40,876 nt of DNA, from positions 1 to 40,876 of the forward strand of contig CAVXZB010000061.1 of NCBI GenBank assembly GCA_963765895.1. Reading direction: 5' to 3'. This DNA is from an uncultured Nitrososphaeraceae archaeon (GTDB taxonomy: Archaea > Thermoproteota > Nitrososphaeria > Nitrososphaerales > Nitrososphaeraceae). The translations under genes were made by a program, and so were the position numbers. Shown here piece by piece: positions 35,962 through 40,876 of the stretch. How positions within the stretch are numbered: the first letter of the stretch is position 1; every line of letters starts with the position of its first letter. The notes beneath the pieces are model-generated. The model was not told the DNA's origin, did no database searches, and was given only the letters and a program-made list of their open reading frames with translations.

Positions 35962-36260
35962 AACGTCCCGATGGCGGTTGGGGCCCTACACACGAAAGTG
36001 GGAGTGCGATTATTCCAACTTGCCAGGTATTACACCTACTCAGTGTGCTCAATCATTTTTCTGATAACTATCAGAAAAATATTCGATCGGCCTCAATCGA
36101 ATTTCTCAGAAGGTTCTTTCAAACAAGAAGTTGAGATGAACTCTAATACTTTTACTATTTCAATAGTATTAGCCGTGTTAGGTGAAATTGAAGAATTTCC
36201 TTTCAAAATTATTCACACCGGTGTTATTTTTATCAATAGATGAGAAAATTCTGATGGCAG

Positions 36261-36558
36261 TTGGCGCGCGTCTCATGATAAACAGCATACATAAATTATA
36301 TCGCCATACTATGACGTCGATCTACACATAGGGCGCAGCAATTTTGATAATATTTATAATCTGATATATCTTTCATATCTTATTATAACGCGGGTTAAAA
36401 ATCCATATAATTCGATGTGTTAAACGTATTGCTTTTTAACGGAATTAGTATATTGATTCGCATCGACTAGCTGATACTATCTATAGATATCACCAATTAA
36501 TAGTTGACGGATATTAAGTTCATCACTAGTCTTGATAGTTTTATCTGTCAAAAGGATC
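36261..36558 (+). repeat. Dispersed ~300-bp repeat, copy 3
   Basis: Aligns end to end with the reverse complement of 8706-9010, e.g. ACAGCATACATAAATT, GACGTCRATCTACACATAGG and terminal AGGATC. Confidence 0.85.
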
Positions 36559-36655
36559 AGCGACGATGACATATGAATTAGAGGATCACCAAGTGGCGTG
36601 TCTGTTACCTGAGCGACGATGACAATGTTCGTGTCATTATAATACAATTAAGGTC

Positions 36656-36744
36656 CATCTGACCTATGTGACACTTTAGTAGGAGCGAATTTTGAACCAC
36701 ATACAGCATTGATTGCATTTCAACTATCTGACCTATCTGACACC
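36656..36744 (+). repeat. TATCTGACN 9-mer doublets (second iteron-like family)
   Basis: CATCTGACC-TATGTGACA at 36656 and TATCTGACC-TATCTGACA at 36725. Confidence 0.6.
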
Positions 36745-36820
36745 GAACCTGGACAAGAGCTCTTTGCAGTTTACCTGTCAATATTCATTTAGAAGTAAAC
36801 TCCTTTCCAGGGGTGGTTCA

Positions 36821-38681
36821 CTATCTTCTCACCAGATTCGGTATCGATGAAAACTTCCCTTTTTTCGTCACTAATTTCAATGTTATATGTAGGTCTATGA
36901 TATAATCGGATGTCCCGTCCTCAAATATCAACTTAACGACAATTGAGAACTTCCACGTATCATCTCCTTGTGGATCCACTCTGATACGAATAAATCCTTT
37001 CTGTATCCTACTTTTGGTAAACCATGGTCCATTCACTTGTAATGGGTATGGGCCATTGGTTGCTTGTTCGACGAACCCGCCGTTCCTAGGTACGTGCACA
37101 TACGGTTTAGTAGAAAAGTCACTGTCAAAATGTAGAGCGTTTTCATTACTTAAAGTATTAACGTCAACTGTTAGATGTGTATCATCATCTTTGTCTTCGC
37201 CTAGAGTTTTGAATGCTATTGTAGCAAATTGTCAATACCGGATCACCACGTTCACATGAAGGATGTCTAATTAATGGGAATCTAAATGTCCTAGCATAGA
37301 TTTGTTCGGGATCACTGCTGCGTCGGTCTGTCCACGAGGCGACGAAAGTTCCTGAGTAGCCAGTAAGCCCTAAGTATTCACCATACTGACTCTGATGACT
37401 ACCAGGGCTATTTTCAGTTTCATCAGTTAGGCTAGAACTCAGACTGATTGGTGTACCTCAAGTTGCACCTTCGTCTTCCGAAGTCTGCATCATGACGATG
37501 GTCTTGAGGCGATTGGAATCGGCTTCGGTAGTGTAATATACGACTACTAGTCGCCCGTTGGTTTCATCTACAACAAGTCTAGGGTGAAACTGGTCACTCA
37601 AAACTTGACCTGGGTTACGGTTAATCATAATAGGGTCAGGTAGCCAAGTGTTACCATTATCAACAGACGATGAGAAGTAGACACGTGTCTTGCAGCGAGA
37701 AGCGACATTAGTTCCTGGCTCATTACCGGGAGAATCACAACCGCTCTCGCCAGTAAGGTCAGTCCAGACAGCGTAGACTAGACTTTCCTTACCCAAATGG
37801 AAAGTCTGATACGCCGCGCCAGATATGGAGATGACACTTTATGATTTTCAAATGACGGAATCGTGATTGGTATATCAGGCGAAGCATGGCTGGTCGCAAT
37901 TCTCACTGGAGTAGAAAAGGAGAAATTTGGTTGGTGGGGTTTAGGATATCTTTGAGAGTGTGGCGCACTGGCAACAAACAAACTCTTGCTTTCAGTGTCA
38001 TGCCAAAAGGCGAAAACGTGAGACGAGTTGGTTTTGATGTCACAGCCACTCGCAATACCAGTAGTCTCAGCAATACTGACTTGCACCTGATTTAACCATT
38101 TTCCAGATATATTGTCACGACGCTTAACAAAGACGGAGTTGTTATGACTCCAGATTACGTAGACATCATCCTTGTTTCTTTCAAGAGAATATTCAGGATG
38201 GTCGAATCGTACATGTTCGTTAACCCATATATTTCGGCTATGGTTAACCCACATCTTCGGGCTTCTGACATTATTATCTGGTTGATTATCAGAATAGAAT
38301 GTGTAATCTGGTTGCCAGGTTATACCATTGTCTGTCGAATAGTAACACCTCAATTGACCGCCCGCCATCATTAAACTGTCTATCAGAAGATCCAACAACA
38401 ATTACCCAAGCAGTATGGCTAAATGTCATTTGATTAGACGTAGAAGTCCAGTCAGCAGATGGATTAGCCTGGACAACATCATTTGCAAAAAAGGCAAATC
38501 TATGAATGATTCTGACCAATTAGCCTGATGCATTCGCATAAAATATCCTTACTCTGCCTAGCGCTCGGATCGTTAGCGGACAAATAAGGAGACATGTGTT
38601 TGTGTAGTTGATCCCGATATCTGGCTCGTTAGTGGGAGCAGTTCCAACTGACGAAATCTGGACCTCTTCAGCAAGGCTCAT
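36821..38681 (-). CDS. Asp-box (BNR)/sialidase-like beta-propeller protein with an extra C-terminal domain; multiply interrupted
   Basis: ATG 38681 after GGAGG; Asp boxes STDNGITW, SVDNGNTW and SEDEGAT*; DQFHP, YGEYLGL and WTDRR; C-terminal domain EDKDDDT...GDDTWKF...LIFEDG. No signal peptide. Confidence 0.75.
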
Positions 38682-39485
38682 GGATTCATTCCTCCCAAAT
38701 ATACAGATTCCTAATTGCAGACCTCAAATTATAACAAATTCAATGGTAAGAGTCATTTTATGCTTTCCAAAACAAGATCCTAATATTTTATCTTTGTATC
38801 GTAAAATCCGCAGAATATTAGAATTAGTATAGTTACAAAATTGTCGAGATTTTCTCGGCTCCCCATCTCTATATTTATCTCCTTACGAACTACATGATCC
38901 AAATTCTCCACTTGGGAACATGCTCCATTAACAGTAACAACATAAACTAAACTAAAATATTTTATAATCTACTGTCTTTGTATCGACGCTTGGTTAAAAG
39001 GAGTTATTGCCAGATCGCCTACTCAAGAAATATTGCCCATAATAGTACCTTCAGTATGAAGAGTGCTTCATTATCGATACAGAACTGCCCTTGCTTCCAG
39101 TGATGCGTGCTACGTAAGATCAACATGGTCATTGATGAGATAACTGTATCAGAATATTGTAGAAAGCAATCTATAGACACTTCAATATCAGTATTCTTCG
39201 TGGCCATATAATGCCCTACTGCTCCCCCTCCTTGGAGTAATTAAAGCCCTCTGTTTTTCAGGAATGATTTGGTCCTTGGAAGTGTTTAGAATATTTTTTC
39301 TCTGTCATTTAATATTCCTTTAATAAAATTGCTCTTCTAATTTTTATACTACCTTATGATTTCTATGTGTTATTAAAATCTCTGCTGCTTATATTTCATT
39401 ATTAGATCGAATGACAACTGTAGTTTATTATCGATTAAAAATAAGAGGGAGGGCACATGCTTCACTGTTGGATGCATCCTATCAT

Positions 39486-39724
39486 ATATGACATTTCCGA
39501 CACCCGAGCAGTGGTAAGTTAATAGGCAGGATTTCCGTTAGCGGTTATTATTATAACAATCTGACATATCTGACTTATATGACACCAGCATGGGCAAGCA
39601 CAGTCCTTAATCTGAAGAGCGCCGCTGAAGACTATCTGACCCATCTGACATTTCCATAATAGATTTCTAGATGTACATTGAACATACAGTAACTCCTGCT
39701 ATCTACCTATCTGACCATATGATC
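39486..39724 (+). repeat. Four spaced clusters of TATCTGACN 9-mers
   Basis: Clusters start at about 39486, 39558, 39633 and 39708, a spacing of 72-75 bp. Confidence 0.7.
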
Positions 39725-39885
39725 ATATTTGGCTCGATTGACATTGCCATGGACGAACTATGAAATAAGACATATTTGAATAGCTGGATAGAGAAGTTTG
39801 TTAACAATGTCCTATTTTTGTCAGGTCAATATGGTGATAGATTATCTGGTTGGACTGAAGGTTAAGTTATCCCATGACTTTGCAT

Positions 39886-40450
39886 TTAGCCTGAATATTT
39901 TCTCAGCCACGTTATCGTGTTTATCACTATTGAATTGAATATGAATTTCATATTCCATACCAAAAGATAGAGAAAGTGTTGCCATATCAGTCTGTGTAAT
40001 GCCACTGAGTAATGATGAACAGAAATATGAATTGACTTGGAATTCTCAAATGAAAAAAATAGCAAAAGTTCGTCATGTCTGTCTCTTGGTATAGTTGTAG
40101 TCATATTATCGTAAAATAATTTACCCATGTAGACGAAAGGCAATGCATTCATGAATCCGTCTCGATTAATGCTTTGGAGTGATGCAATGTGACAATCTTT
40201 TGGGAGAGGATTCCAGACCTAATCTCCATCGTAACGGACTGGCTTTAATTGGGTTTTATTCCTTATCAAATTGACTTTGGCCATGCAATTTTTGGCAGTC
40301 CTAGATAATGACAAATCTTCTCCATCGATAATCCTTGTTTATTACGGGCAGACTCCAAATGATTCCATTAAATTCCTCAGATTCATCACGAAGAGTGGTT
40401 AGCATTATATTGTTAATTCTGTTGGGCTTTAGTGACCGCACTTTATGTAT
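39886..40450 (-). CDS. Hypothetical protein (fragmented, extent approximate)
   Basis: ORF 39886-40152 plus protein-like upstream frames; no recognisable motif. Confidence 0.3.
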
Positions 40451-40655
40451 GGTTTGATAAAAAAGGTAAAATTTTCTCCAGGTTTGTGAGGACTAATCCT
40501 GCTTCTGATGCCATGATTCTGATAATCACAAACCTGCGGATATTTAAATGAATTATATGAATCCAAGATTAACTTACGGTTAACAAGGATTTTATATTAG
40601 GTCGTATCGAATTCCATTTAGCAATCTTTTTAGCAAGAGACACTATTATGACTAA

Positions 40656-40876
40656 TTATTTTGTCTCTCCTTTACACAAATGTCCTCTCATGTAATATAC
40701 ATCACCCTTTTGTCTGCAATTTTCACAAGCCCAAGTATCAGATCGTCCAAGTCTGAAGATTTTGCGGGATTCCTGTTCTGAGTTAATTTGTGGGTCTGCG
40801 ATCGTGTCAGATATGTCAGATATGTCAGATGGCCGATGGATTTGTTCATTAATCGTAACATCGGCCAATTTATCGG
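40656..40876 (-). CDS. C-terminus of a protein running off the window, ending in a C-x2-C...H-x-C zinc finger
   Basis: The frame is open to the window edge; PSDISDISDT is encoded by 9-mer repeats at 40805-40831; ends WACENCRQKGDVYYMRGHLC. Confidence 0.65.
   Translation of the reverse strand, partial: DKLADVTINEQIHRPSDISDISDTIADPQINSEQESRKIFRLGRSDTWACENCRQKGDVYYMRGHLCKGETK

Noticed and set aside
37458-37460. Selenocysteine TGA in the Asp-box gene
   Set aside because: The position corresponds to the conserved Asp-box Trp, so it is a nonsense change or a base-call error.

Overview
AT-rich accessory/mobile region. Gene content and style suggest a soil ammonia-oxidising archaeon (Nitrososphaeraceae-like); this is inference only. 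Most long genes are split by single-base indels, often in homopolymers, which looks like uncorrected long-read error on top of some real pseudogenes. Layout: a complete IS5-family element with TIRs (2-950); an integrative-element core made of a tyrosine integrase, an HTH protein, small Cys-rich ORFs, a primase-polymerase/helicase and a symmetric 9-bp iteron array (about 1.3-8.4 kb); metabolic cargo (SnoaL, MFS, HdeD/DUF308, isochorismatase-family hydrolase, two patatins, DUF1254/DUF1214); several gene remnants and a truncated second IS5. From 28.5 to 38.7 kb lies a cluster of signal-peptide-less, extracellular-type proteins: a putative beta-propeller, a fibre-like protein with an autocleaving chaperone domain, a papain-like protease with a chagasin inhibitor, a sphingomyelinase-D-like PLD fused to PLAT, and an Asp-box protein. 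Best lead: three unrelated enzymes of this cluster share an ungapped ~33-aa terminal tag, S-[LF]-R-x2-L-x3-[GN]-x3-P-x14-P-x-S-[LI], which may be a targeting or cargo-loading signal. Also notable are a ~300-bp dispersed element in three copies (TATA box plus micro-ORF) and a second iteron family at the right end. No tRNA, rRNA or CRISPR array was seen.
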